A stretch of 64,000 nucleotides of DNA, taken from positions 664 to 64,663 of the forward strand of contig CAMWLQ010000006.1 in the NCBI GenBank assembly GCA_947175195.1, in the 5' to 3' direction. This document shows positions 9,815-18,939 of the stretch, one piece after another. The number at the start of each line of letters is the position of its first letter. The stretch's first letter is position 1. The notes under the pieces were generated by a model. That model made no database searches. It was given only the letters and a program-made list of their open reading frames with translations, and was not told the DNA's origin. A program made the position numbers and the translations under genes. Origin of the DNA: an uncultured Clostridia bacterium. Lineage in GTDB: Bacteria; Bacillota; Clostridia; Christensenellales; Pumilibacteraceae.

Positions 9815-9838
9815 TTTTATGCGTGCAAAGGAGAAAAA

Positions 9839-10273
9839 ATGGGTAACTGGCGGAAATGGAATATAACGATATGCTCTCAGTCGTATTTTGTTTCTACAAT
9901 TGACGGGGAAGAAAAATACTTTTTTGTAGGATACGATAACGGGATAAAAGAAAAAAAAGAGGAACTGTATTTTTTGCAACGCGAAAAGGATAAAGAAAAG
10001 TACCAAATCGCATTTAGTCCGAAACCTCATTTTATAAGCTATTCGTTTTTTTACGGTTTTTTTAATGACACTATAACTAAAATGTGCAGTGAATCGGATA
10101 CTACGCATTCGTTTTTGTCACAAAAGAATATAATTCTAAATAAATTTTTCGAGAAATATGCTTTTGATGTTGACGAAATAGTTAACGCCCAAATCAAAGA
10201 GTATGTCATGGCAATAATCGAAAAAAATATTGATATTCAAGATGGGGTGGGCATTAAGAATGGAATTAATTGA
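9839..10273 (+). CDS. hypothetical protein
   Basis: Good promoter and SD. No family recognised. Confidence 0.45.
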   Translation: MGNWRKWNITICSQSYFVSTIDGEEKYFFVGYDNGIKEKKEELYFLQREKDKEKYQIAFSPKPHFISYSFFYGFFNDTITKMCSESDTTHSFLSQKNIILNKFFEKYAFDVDEIVNAQIKEYVMAIIEKNIDIQDGVGIKNGIN

Positions 10274-10718
10274 TATTATAACTCTTGCCCTATCGGCAAT
10301 AAACTCTTTAAGCGTTATCGTTATCGGAGTGCAAACCGCACGACGCGAAAAGAAAGAAAAAATAAAGTCAAAAAAGAAAATTTGGTACAAAACCGAAGTT
10401 ATTTCCAACGATAAAATCAATAAACACGTACAGGCTATTGAGCAGGTATTAAACGAGGAATCTGACAAATTAACCATGTGTCAAAAGCTAAATTCATGTA
10501 TGTTGGATTTTTTTTATTCCTCGATAAATTATATTGCATTCTTTAATATGAAGTATTGCGAACAAATTAAAAAAGAGATAATGGCGGCTATGGATAGCGT
10601 TATATGCGCAGTGGTTTACAGTGAGAATAAGATGAGCGACAGAGATAAAGAAAAAGCATTAAAAATTTATAGAATAAAAATCATGGCCCTATTTTATAAC
10701 TTAGACTTACAATTGTAA
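10260..10718 (+). CDS. hypothetical protein with N-terminal TM helix
   Basis: The internal ATG (MELIDIITLALSAINSLSVIVIG) overlaps the upstream stop by 14 nt. No family recognised. Confidence 0.4.
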   Translation: MELIDIITLALSAINSLSVIVIGVQTARREKKEKIKSKKKIWYKTEVISNDKINKHVQAIEQVLNEESDKLTMCQKLNSCMLDFFYSSINYIAFFNMKYCEQIKKEIMAAMDSVICAVVYSENKMSDRDKEKALKIYRIKIMALFYNLDLQL

Positions 10719-10743
10719 CATTTACAAAAAAGAGAGGTTCCTA

Positions 10744-11259
10744 ATGATAAAAATAATTGATTACGTAATCGACGATATCGTTAAACAGTATCAAAACGAT
10801 GTTTATAACAAAAAAATAGACGATATCTCTCAAGTCGTATATCCGTCTACCAATAAAAAAGATAAATTGGGGGAATGGGTAAGACAATACTTTGTTAAGT
10901 TAGATAGCGTTATTCAAGACGCGGTCAAACAAAGCGGGGTAAAGACCGGCGTTGTTATATTGGGATCTAAGCATACGACGTCAAGCGTGTACGTCAACCA
11001 TTTTGAACCGGGTATGTTGTACGACGTTTTGGAAAATTACGACAAAATGTTTCCTGTTCAGAAAAAATATCGGCACAATGAATGGGATTTTGAATATAAA
11101 AATGGCGCAGCCCATTTGAAATCTATTGCATTGGGAAAGGGTTCAACCGTATTTATTAAAAACGGAGATTTGGTTTTGGGTGATTTTGAGAATATTATTT
11201 ATGCGGAATTTGATTATCGTCCGTTAAAGTCATTCAACATAGTAATTATGGGTGAATAA
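10744..11259 (+). CDS. YjbQ/UPF0047 family protein (secondary thiamine-phosphate synthase-like)
   Basis: GSKHTTSSVYVNHFE ... NGAAHLKSIALGKGSTVFIKNGDLVLGDFENIIYAEFD. Confidence 0.7.
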   Translation: MIKIIDYVIDDIVKQYQNDVYNKKIDDISQVVYPSTNKKDKLGEWVRQYFVKLDSVIQDAVKQSGVKTGVVILGSKHTTSSVYVNHFEPGMLYDVLENYDKMFPVQKKYRHNEWDFEYKNGAAHLKSIALGKGSTVFIKNGDLVLGDFENIIYAEFDYRPLKSFNIVIMGE

Positions 11260-11282
11260 TATAATATATACGGAGGTTGAAT

Positions 11283-11942
11283 ATGTCGAAGCTGATCATA
11301 TTTGATTTTGATGGGACGATAGCCGACTCTATGTGGGCATGGGACGAGTTGGGTGAAGATACGATTAACGAGAATCATCTGCCACTAATAGATGATTATG
11401 AAGATGTGATAAGGACAATGAGCGTCCCCGATTTTGCCGACTATTTATCCGGAATTTATCCGCAATTGGGAAACGGCAAACAAATATTGTCGAATTGGCA
11501 TGAAAAAATGGTCTTTAAATACTGTAATCAGGTTTCTTTAAAAAGCGGGGTAAGAGAGTTTTTAGATTATTTAAAAAGCAACAACTATAAATTATATTTG
11601 GCCTCGGCAACTTGCTATGACGTATTAAATGAGGCATTAAATCATTTTGACCTTAAACAATATTTTGATTTTATTTTAACGGAAGAAATTGTGGGAATAT
11701 CAAAAAGAAACCCTCAAATTTATCAAGTATGTATAGATAGGGCTAAATCCGACATAGATAATACGATAGTATTCGAGGATGCGATTCATGCTGTCGAAAC
11801 AGTTAAAAATTTAGGTATTAAGGTGTGCGCTATTAAAGACTATTCTATGCGCAATCACGAAGAAGAAATTAAAAAAACGGCTGATTTGTATATTGAGGAT
11901 TACTGTAATTTCAATCAATTAAAAAATTTCATTTTAGGTTAG
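11283..11942 (+). CDS. HAD-superfamily hydrolase
   Basis: Motif I is IIFDFDGTIADS. SD GGAGG lies 6 nt upstream of the ATG. Confidence 0.75.
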   Translation: MSKLIIFDFDGTIADSMWAWDELGEDTINENHLPLIDDYEDVIRTMSVPDFADYLSGIYPQLGNGKQILSNWHEKMVFKYCNQVSLKSGVREFLDYLKSNNYKLYLASATCYDVLNEALNHFDLKQYFDFILTEEIVGISKRNPQIYQVCIDRAKSDIDNTIVFEDAIHAVETVKNLGIKVCAIKDYSMRNHEEEIKKTADLYIEDYCNFNQLKNFILG

Positions 11943-12140
11943 TGCTTGACGTAAAACGCGCTATTCAATATTTTGTATTGTAATATATGAACTCGTGCAA
12001 AGTGAGTTCGTATTTTGATTTAGCGGCTAAAATGGAAAATTCAAAGATTAAATTTTAATAAAAAACATTTTGACCTATTGAATTTTATATAAATATGTGA
12101 TATTATTTATATATACCTTATTGAATTATCGGAGGATAGT

Positions 12141-13364
12141 ATGTTTGATTGGGGACTTACCAAAAAGTTGTTTGACGGGTTTATGATACTGCGTTGGACG
12201 GACTTTATAAGACCTATGGAATACACGCAAATGGAAAAAAGCGCAACACAGGCGGTGCTTTCTTATTTAATAGGAAAAGAATACGAGGAGCGAACGGGCG
12301 AATCGTTAGACTGGGAATTTATTGTCAGGAGCAACATATTCGGATTATTAAGCAAGATTGCGACGTCCGACATTAAAGCGACGATTAACAATAAAATCAA
12401 AGCCGAGCATGCGGAGGCGCTCAAAGAATACATCCTCGGCATCTACTTTGACGAAAACGACGAATTCAGGTATCGTCCGAAGGACATAGTCACCAAAACC
12501 GATTTGGCAACGTTTATCGACAAGAGCGACGTCGAGGACCGTATAGAATACGAGATTTGTTATGCGGCGCATAAGTTTGCCACGTACCGAGAGTTTTGCT
12601 ATATAGAAAACCTCAACCTGTGCAGCCCCGACACCGAGATAGTAAAGAAGGAAATAAGTCCCGCGACGTTTATCAATAAAATAAAAGATAAGACTGTCAA
12701 AGAAATCATCAAAAAGCTGGACAATCCCAAAGACGAGCTGTTTTTATTTTTCAGCTACTTTGAAAAGTTAAAACCGCAAATCCGTTGGTCGCAAACATGC
12801 CGTTTGCCCCAAACGACGGTTTTGGGACATTCCATGTACGTTGCGGTGCTGACGTACTTTGCGGCAAAGGAAATGCAAATTGTGACCGACGAGTCCACCG
12901 TTGTGGTAAACAGCTTTTTTGCCGCACTGTTCCATGACCTGCCCGAAAGCTTGACGCGCGATATTATTTCGCCCGTCAAGAGGAGCATAAGGCAATTCGA
13001 AAGCAAGCTTGCCGAGTACGAGTATCAACAGGTACGCGAAATGATGGAGAGCAGAATACAAGACCGCACGTGGAAAGACCACTTCATGCTGCTTTTGGGC
13101 GAGGACGACAAAAAGTTTTTGCCGTTTGACGACCGCCCCGGCGTTTTGGGCGAGCTTGTGGAAACAATGGACAAAATTGCCGCCTTTATCGAGGCAAAAA
13201 TGTCTATCGAGCTGGGCGTCAGTTCGGACGGCTTGAAAAACGGCGTCAGTTCGGGCGCGAATTTTATAATGGGCAAGGTGTTCGATTTTAGGTACAACCG
13301 CGATTGGCGAAAGAGCAAAAAGCCGCTTTACTTGAACGACTTTTTGGCGTCCATACCGCATTAG
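12141..13364 (+). CDS. HD-domain phosphohydrolase family protein
   Basis: LGHSMYVAVL ... ALFHDLPESLTRDIISP (H...HD...D). Confidence 0.7.
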   Translation: MFDWGLTKKLFDGFMILRWTDFIRPMEYTQMEKSATQAVLSYLIGKEYEERTGESLDWEFIVRSNIFGLLSKIATSDIKATINNKIKAEHAEALKEYILGIYFDENDEFRYRPKDIVTKTDLATFIDKSDVEDRIEYEICYAAHKFATYREFCYIENLNLCSPDTEIVKKEISPATFINKIKDKTVKEIIKKLDNPKDELFLFFSYFEKLKPQIRWSQTCRLPQTTVLGHSMYVAVLTYFAAKEMQIVTDESTVVVNSFFAALFHDLPESLTRDIISPVKRSIRQFESKLAEYEYQQVREMMESRIQDRTWKDHFMLLLGEDDKKFLPFDDRPGVLGELVETMDKIAAFIEAKMSIELGVSSDGLKNGVSSGANFIMGKVFDFRYNRDWRKSKKPLYLNDFLASIPH

Positions 13365-13391
13365 TGGTTGGCACGGTATTCGGATATTTGT

Positions 13392-13420
13392 AAACGGCAC
13401 GTTAATGCGTGCCGTTTTGT
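13392..13420 (+). terminator. intrinsic terminator
   Basis: AACGGCACG ... CGTGCCGTT stem followed by TTTGT. Confidence 0.65.
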
Positions 13421-13495
13421 GTATGGATCGTTATTGCCGAGTTTTTACTGCTCGCATTTGCCGAGAAAACCGTTTACGCATAAGTTTCCGCAACG

Positions 13496-13546
13496 GTAAC
13501 GGCGGCAATAATCGAAAGTAACGGCGGTGACGGGCAAAGTAACGGG
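13496..13546 (+). promoter_or_regulatory. three phased direct repeats GTAACGG(C/G)GG (candidate operator/activator sites)
   Basis: Copies start at 13496, 13518 and 13539 (21-22 nt period), just upstream of the TTTACT-17-TATAAT promoter at 13555-13583. Confidence 0.4.
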
Positions 13547-13612
13547 CTAATGTATTTACTCTCGGCGGGGATTATGCTATAATTCGGCAAACAGCGGAAG
13601 GAGGTAGACGCT

Positions 13613-14386
13613 ATGCAGTTTAACGAAAAGCTGAAAGAGCTGCGCACAAAAAAGGGAGTTTCGCAATCGGAGCTTGCCGACAGTATTTACGTGAGCCGAA
13701 GTGCGGTCGCCAAATGGGAAAACGGATTGGGCTTGCCCAGCACCGAATCGTTGCGATTGCTTGCCGAATACTTTGAGGTAAGCGTGGACGAATTGTATTC
13801 GGACGGCTCGACCGAAAAGGTGATAGTAAACAAAAACCAAATAATATCTCGCTCGCGTAGGCTGCTTATAATAATATCCACCGCGTGCGCGGTGGCGATT
13901 ACCGCAATTATAGTTTTGGCTATATTTTTGGGGTATCATATTAACAAGCCCGCCACGCAAGGCGGCGACGATTGGACGGGATCTATTGGCGTAAGCGGGG
14001 CGTTGTATTACGGCGGAGGGTCTTCCGTCTTGAGCGAACGCAACGAGGCTATTTCGGGAAACGAAATTGTATGGGAAAAATATATGGTGTCTGCGGGATA
14101 TGAGTATGTTTTGAAAGTAAGTCCAAGTCCCGGCGGGCATAATGGCAGGGCAGTCAAAATAAGCGCCGACTGCGTGGGTTTTAAATATAACGCCGATATT
14201 TTCGACATTGATTTGCTGCATGACGGCATTGAGATCGACTATGCGCTAAACGTAAAACAGAGTTGCCAAGACGAAGTTATATGGCTGTATAAGGTGGCGA
14301 AAGGCGAGCAGGTTACAGACGCAAGCGTACCTTCTTTTAAAATCATTATAAGCGCCGAGTTCGAGCCGAGCGATGACGGTGTATGA
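13613..14386 (+). CDS. XRE-family HTH protein with TM helix and extracytoplasmic domain
   Basis: LKELRTKKGVSQSELADSIYVSRSAVAKWENGLGLPSTESLRLLAEYFEVSVDELY. TM helix LLIIISTACAVAITAIIVLAIFLG. Confidence 0.75.
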   Translation: MQFNEKLKELRTKKGVSQSELADSIYVSRSAVAKWENGLGLPSTESLRLLAEYFEVSVDELYSDGSTEKVIVNKNQIISRSRRLLIIISTACAVAITAIIVLAIFLGYHINKPATQGGDDWTGSIGVSGALYYGGGSSVLSERNEAISGNEIVWEKYMVSAGYEYVLKVSPSPGGHNGRAVKISADCVGFKYNADIFDIDLLHDGIEIDYALNVKQSCQDEVIWLYKVAKGEQVTDASVPSFKIIISAEFEPSDDGV

Positions 14387-14503
14387 GATGGTTAAACATT
14401 AAGAATAGATTAGAATTGCGAATAAATAAAGATTTTTGTTGTATTTTGGCGAATTATTTGTTAAAATATTTATAGACGTATTTTTTTCGCAGGAGAATGT
14501 TTA

Positions 14504-16336
14504 ATGAAAAAGCGCACTAAGCTAATGGCGGTAGCAATGAGCGGAGTCATGTCGGTATCGGCTATGTTCGGGCTAGCGGGTTGTAACCGCAAAAGGTACA
14601 CGCCGGAAATGCTGGAAGACCTCGGGCTGGATTTTGCATTAACCTTGATGGGCAGCGACGCGTTTGTTTGGAATGCGTTTTCGGCAACGCCGTACGAGAC
14701 ATACGGGTTTGTCGTGTCCGACAATAGCTCGTGGTATTCGTACTCGGGCGTGATGGACAGCTATTCCAAGAATATGATTAACACCATGTTCGGGCTGTAT
14801 GCCGACGAGCTGAGCCATTACAATTTGTCCGAGCTCAGCGGCTCGGCTGCTTTGACGTACCGTGCACTGGACAATGCTTTGGGCTTGTACCAATCGTACT
14901 ACAATTCCAAATACATCAAAAAGTTCGAGCTTTTGGGCGGGTCGTATATAAGCAAAGAGGGCGGGTACGTCGCCGACTTTGCGCAGTCGTTTGAAAACTT
15001 CGAATTCCGCACGGAAAAGGACGTGCAAACGTTGCTTAAAGTAACGCAGTCCACCGGCGATGCGTTTGAATCGTATTTGAATTTTGCGCGCGACCGCGAC
15101 AGCATGGGCTACCCGTTGTACGACTACACGCTTAATGCGATGCGCGATTATTTGGACGACGTTTACGAAAAGGGCGAAGAGTTTTATCTTTATGCGCTGG
15201 CGGACAAAAAGATAGACGACGCCGAATTTTTGAACGAGGCATCCAAAACCCAATACAAGTCCGATTACAAAAGGGCGCTTGACGAAAGCTACATGGAGGG
15301 CGTAAAAGCGCTGTACGACGGGCTTGACGAGTATACCGGCAAGGTTACCAAGGTTGAGCAAAGCTATCTTGCCTCCGCGGGCGCTGCGGGCAAGGCTTAC
15401 TACGAATGGCTGTTCCGCCAAAAAACGGGCATAAAGAACGCCAACATAACCAAAATATACAACGAGCTTGTCGTTGCGTACAACGATTATTTGAACAAGA
15501 TGGACGGCGCGGTAGCCACGATTGACGCTTTGCAAACAACCGACAAAGCCACATACGACGAGTTTTACGAATACTATAATGAAACGAAGGTATTGCTCGG
15601 GCTTACCGATCCCAATGAGATATTGGAATATCTCAAGACTGCGGCAAAGGATATTGTTCCCGATTTAAAAACACAGCCCGATATAGGCTTTAAGTACATG
15701 GACGACACGGTTGCGGAAATAACCAACTCTTTGGCATACTACATGCGCACGCCGCTCGACCTGACCGACGCGAGCGAAAATATTACGCTCAACGGTTACC
15801 AAATGGAACAAAACCCCACCGACCTTTTGACCACCATTGCGCACGAGGGCTATCCCGGACACTTGTACGCATACGTCAGCGCCAAAGAAAACGGCGCGAG
15901 CCTGCTTTCAAACTGCACCACCACATTGGCTTTTTCCGAGGGCTGGGCAAACTACGTCGAGCTTGTGCTTTTGGACAATATAGCCCAAACCGCCGATACC
16001 GCTACGGCTAAGTACTGCGAGTATAAAAAATACGAAACCCTGGCGGGATACACAAGCATGGTATTGTACGATATGCGAGTCAATTATTTCGGCGACACCG
16101 CTACCGATTTGGGGAGGAGCGATATAATAGAGCGGCTAATGGAAATCCCCGCCGCATACGTTCCGTACGGCTATGGTATGTACACTATTTACACCCTTCA
16201 CGAAAAAGCAAAAAGCTCGCTGGGCAGCAAGTACAGCGAAACGGACTTTAACGGCGCACTGCTTGCCGAAGGCTTTGGTCCCACGCTTACGAGAGCGCAA
16301 CAAATAACCGACAATTATATTAAAAAGCACAAATAA
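14504..16336 (+). CDS. DUF885-family lipoprotein (metallopeptidase-like)
   Basis: Lipobox FGLAGC. HEGYPGHLYAY motif. Confidence 0.7.
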   Translation: MKKRTKLMAVAMSGVMSVSAMFGLAGCNRKRYTPEMLEDLGLDFALTLMGSDAFVWNAFSATPYETYGFVVSDNSSWYSYSGVMDSYSKNMINTMFGLYADELSHYNLSELSGSAALTYRALDNALGLYQSYYNSKYIKKFELLGGSYISKEGGYVADFAQSFENFEFRTEKDVQTLLKVTQSTGDAFESYLNFARDRDSMGYPLYDYTLNAMRDYLDDVYEKGEEFYLYALADKKIDDAEFLNEASKTQYKSDYKRALDESYMEGVKALYDGLDEYTGKVTKVEQSYLASAGAAGKAYYEWLFRQKTGIKNANITKIYNELVVAYNDYLNKMDGAVATIDALQTTDKATYDEFYEYYNETKVLLGLTDPNEILEYLKTAAKDIVPDLKTQPDIGFKYMDDTVAEITNSLAYYMRTPLDLTDASENITLNGYQMEQNPTDLLTTIAHEGYPGHLYAYVSAKENGASLLSNCTTTLAFSEGWANYVELVLLDNIAQTADTATAKYCEYKKYETLAGYTSMVLYDMRVNYFGDTATDLGRSDIIERLMEIPAAYVPYGYGMYTIYTLHEKAKSSLGSKYSETDFNGALLAEGFGPTLTRAQQITDNYIKKHK

Positions 16337-16440
16337 CCGGTTTGACCAATTATGAAATAGCAGCGTAATGAAATTATTCATGGCGCGTAGCTATTCGGGT
16401 GTAACGTAAAACCGATTATCGAGTAAATACGCGCCAGTAA

Positions 16441-16479
16441 AAACCCGCTTATTTGTAAAAAACAAGCGGGTTTGTGTTT
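16441..16479 (+). terminator. intrinsic terminator
   Basis: AAACCCGCTT / AAGCGGGTTT 10-bp stem followed by a T-rich tail. Confidence 0.6.
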
Positions 16480-16506
16480 GACAAATTAAAAAAATTTTGT
16501 TAAAAT
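16478..16506 (+). promoter_or_regulatory. promoter TTGACA-17-TAAAAT
   Basis: Consensus hexamers. Leaves a leader of about 200 nt before the ATG at 16705. Confidence 0.55.
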
Positions 16507-16704
16507 CAAGTATGTAGAGTGGTGAAAATAAACGCTCTTCCTGCTGAAAACACAACGACACAAGTTGCGGGTTTCCCCGTGTAAATCTGATTACGGCACG
16601 GTGTTTGGCGTATATCGGGCGCGGGAAAAATCGTACCTTGTTTTTTTATGCCGTTTTTTAACCGCGCCGTAAATCGTACATTTCTTTTACGGAGGGTTTT
16701 TTAT

Positions 16705-18777
16705 ATGGAAGAAAACGAAAACAAGATTTTAGGCGAGGGCAAGCTGTTTAAGCTTATGATCAAGTTTGCCGTGCCGTGCGTGCTGTCGCTGCTGGTGAGC
16801 GCGCTGTACAACATTGTCGATCAAATATTCGTCGGCAACAGCGAGCTCAGCGTGCTGGGCAATGCGGCTACGGGCGTAGTTTTTCCTATATTCATCATTG
16901 CGCAAGCCTTTGCGTGGTGGATAGGCGACGGGTGTGCGGCGTATCTTAACATTTGCCAGGGCAAAAAGAACGCACAAAATGCGCACAAATCCATAGGCAT
17001 GGGCATAATGTTTACCGTTATCGCAAGCGTTGTGCTAATGGCGATATTTTATCCGCTTAAAACACCTATTTTAAAAACGTTCGGCGCGACGGTCGATTCG
17101 GTTGCCGCCGACGGCAAGTTCGTGCCGGGCAGCCTTGATTATGCCATAGAATATTTCGATATAATTCTCGGATTTTTCCCCGTGTTCATGGCGATGAACA
17201 TGATGAACGCCGTAGTGCGTGCCGACGGCTCGCCGGGCTGGTCGATGATTTCCATGCTGAGCGGCGCGATTACCAACATCGTATTAGACGCGGTGTTTAT
17301 TATGGGATTCAAGTGGGGCATGGCAGGCGCGGCATGGGCGACGGTCATCGGACAAACCGTTTCGTTTGTAATCAGTCTGTTGTACTTTATTCTCAAAACA
17401 AAAACGTTCAAGCTGAGGCTAAGCAGCTTTAAGCCTGATTTCAAGGAATTTTCCGCACCCGTCAAGCTTGGGCTGTCCTCGTTTATAACGCAAATAACCA
17501 TTGTTATAATATCGCTTGTGTGCAACATAATGTTGCTTAAATACGGCGCAATGTCGGTGTACGGGCAAAACATCCCCATATCGCTGATAGCGATAGAAAG
17601 CAAGGTGTTTACCGTGGTAATTAACATCGTCGTCGGTATTGTGCTCGGCTGTCAGCCTATAATCGGGTTTAACATAGGCGCCAAAAAGTACGACCGCGTC
17701 AAAAAGCTGTACTTGTACATTTTGTTAAGCACAGTTATTATAGGCGTGGTATTTACCGTGTTGTTCGAGGCGGCGCCCAACGCCGTAGTTGCGATATTCG
17801 GCAATCCCGATCCCAAGCAGGTCGATCCCGATAGATATTGGGAGTTCGGCAAAATGCTGTTCCGCATATTCCTCATGCTGGTAACGTTCACTTGCACGAT
17901 AAAAATGACAAGTATTTTCTTCCAAGCCGCGGGTTGTCCCGTGCGCGCGATTATATCGTCGCTCATCCGCGACATTGTGTGCTTTATTCCGCTCATTTGC
18001 GCATTGCCAGTCGCTATGGGCATAGAAGGAATATTGTGGGCGGCACCGATAGCCGACGGCGTAGCTATGATAGTGGCGGCGCTGTTGACGGTGTTCTTTT
18101 TCCGCTCGCTCGGTCGCGAAAAAGCAAAACAGGGCGAAGGTGCAAGCGCAGTACCCGAACAAAAGATTTCCATTTTGCCGTCGCAATCGGGCGTAATAGT
18201 CACCATTGCGCGCGAGCACGGCTCGTCGGGTAAGCAAATAGGCAAGCTGGTCGCGGAAAAATTGGGATTGCCCTTCTATTACAAGGACATGATTGCGCTT
18301 GCCGCGCAGGAGAGCGGGCTGGATAAGGAATTTATTTCCGATATAAACGCCAACGCGCCGAGCATGCTGAAATCGCTGTATATGAGTGCGGAGGTTGTAA
18401 GCCAAGCCGTAATCGCTCAGGATAAGGCGATTAACATGATAGCCGACAAAGGCGGTTGCGTAATAGTAGGTAGAGCTGCGGATTACGTACTGCGCGACCG
18501 TGAGGAGCTTGTCAGTGTGTTTGTGTACGCGCCGGAGGAATACCGCATTGCGCGCATAACCGAGATATACGGCGACAGCCCTGCGGACGCGCAAAAGAAC
18601 ATTAAAAAGTCGGACAAGGCGCGCGCCGCTTATTACAAAAACATTTCAAATCTCAAATGGGGCGACGTGCACAACTACGACCTTGCCGTGGACAGCTCGA
18701 TAGGCGTGGAACAAACCGCTACGCTGGTTGCCGATTACGTAATTCACAAAACGGAAAATCTTGCCGATAATCGGTAA
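16705..18777 (+). CDS. MATE efflux transporter fused to a C-terminal cytidylate-kinase-like domain
   Basis: N-terminal LMIKFAVPCVLSLLVSALYNIVDQIFVG plus about 12 TM segments. C-terminal VTIAREHGSSGKQIGKLVAEKLGLPFYYKDMI. SD GGAGGG. Confidence 0.75.
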   Translation: MEENENKILGEGKLFKLMIKFAVPCVLSLLVSALYNIVDQIFVGNSELSVLGNAATGVVFPIFIIAQAFAWWIGDGCAAYLNICQGKKNAQNAHKSIGMGIMFTVIASVVLMAIFYPLKTPILKTFGATVDSVAADGKFVPGSLDYAIEYFDIILGFFPVFMAMNMMNAVVRADGSPGWSMISMLSGAITNIVLDAVFIMGFKWGMAGAAWATVIGQTVSFVISLLYFILKTKTFKLRLSSFKPDFKEFSAPVKLGLSSFITQITIVIISLVCNIMLLKYGAMSVYGQNIPISLIAIESKVFTVVINIVVGIVLGCQPIIGFNIGAKKYDRVKKLYLYILLSTVIIGVVFTVLFEAAPNAVVAIFGNPDPKQVDPDRYWEFGKMLFRIFLMLVTFTCTIKMTSIFFQAAGCPVRAIISSLIRDIVCFIPLICALPVAMGIEGILWAAPIADGVAMIVAALLTVFFFRSLGREKAKQGEGASAVPEQKISILPSQSGVIVTIAREHGSSGKQIGKLVAEKLGLPFYYKDMIALAAQESGLDKEFISDINANAPSMLKSLYMSAEVVSQAVIAQDKAINMIADKGGCVIVGRAADYVLRDREELVSVFVYAPEEYRIARITEIYGDSPADAQKNIKKSDKARAAYYKNISNLKWGDVHNYDLAVDSSIGVEQTATLVADYVIHKTENLADNR

Positions 18778-18852
18778 CGTCGGTTATCGACGGTGGCAAT
18801 TAATGTATCCGCTGTATAAGTTTTTTCCTCCTTCTTTTTCAAAAGAAGGAGG

Positions 18853-18881
18853 TTGCATTTGGGAGAAATATATGATAAAAT
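18853..18881 (+). promoter_or_regulatory. promoter TTGCAT-17-TAAAAT upstream of the AAA+/protease gene
   Basis: Hexamers and spacer counted by hand. Partly overlaps a hairpin plus T-run at 18885-18916. Confidence 0.4.
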
Positions 18882-18939
18882 TATAGCCGTAACATTACGG
18901 CTGTAATTTTTTTGTTTTAGGACACGGGAGGAAACGGTT

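Noticed and set aside
18827-18852. 9-bp hairpin CCTCCTTCT/AGAAGGAGG as a terminator or anti-SD element
   Set aside because: The T-run precedes rather than follows it on the plus strand, and an A-run follows it on the minus strand. It may still weakly terminate the MATE transcript, but the evidence is insufficient.
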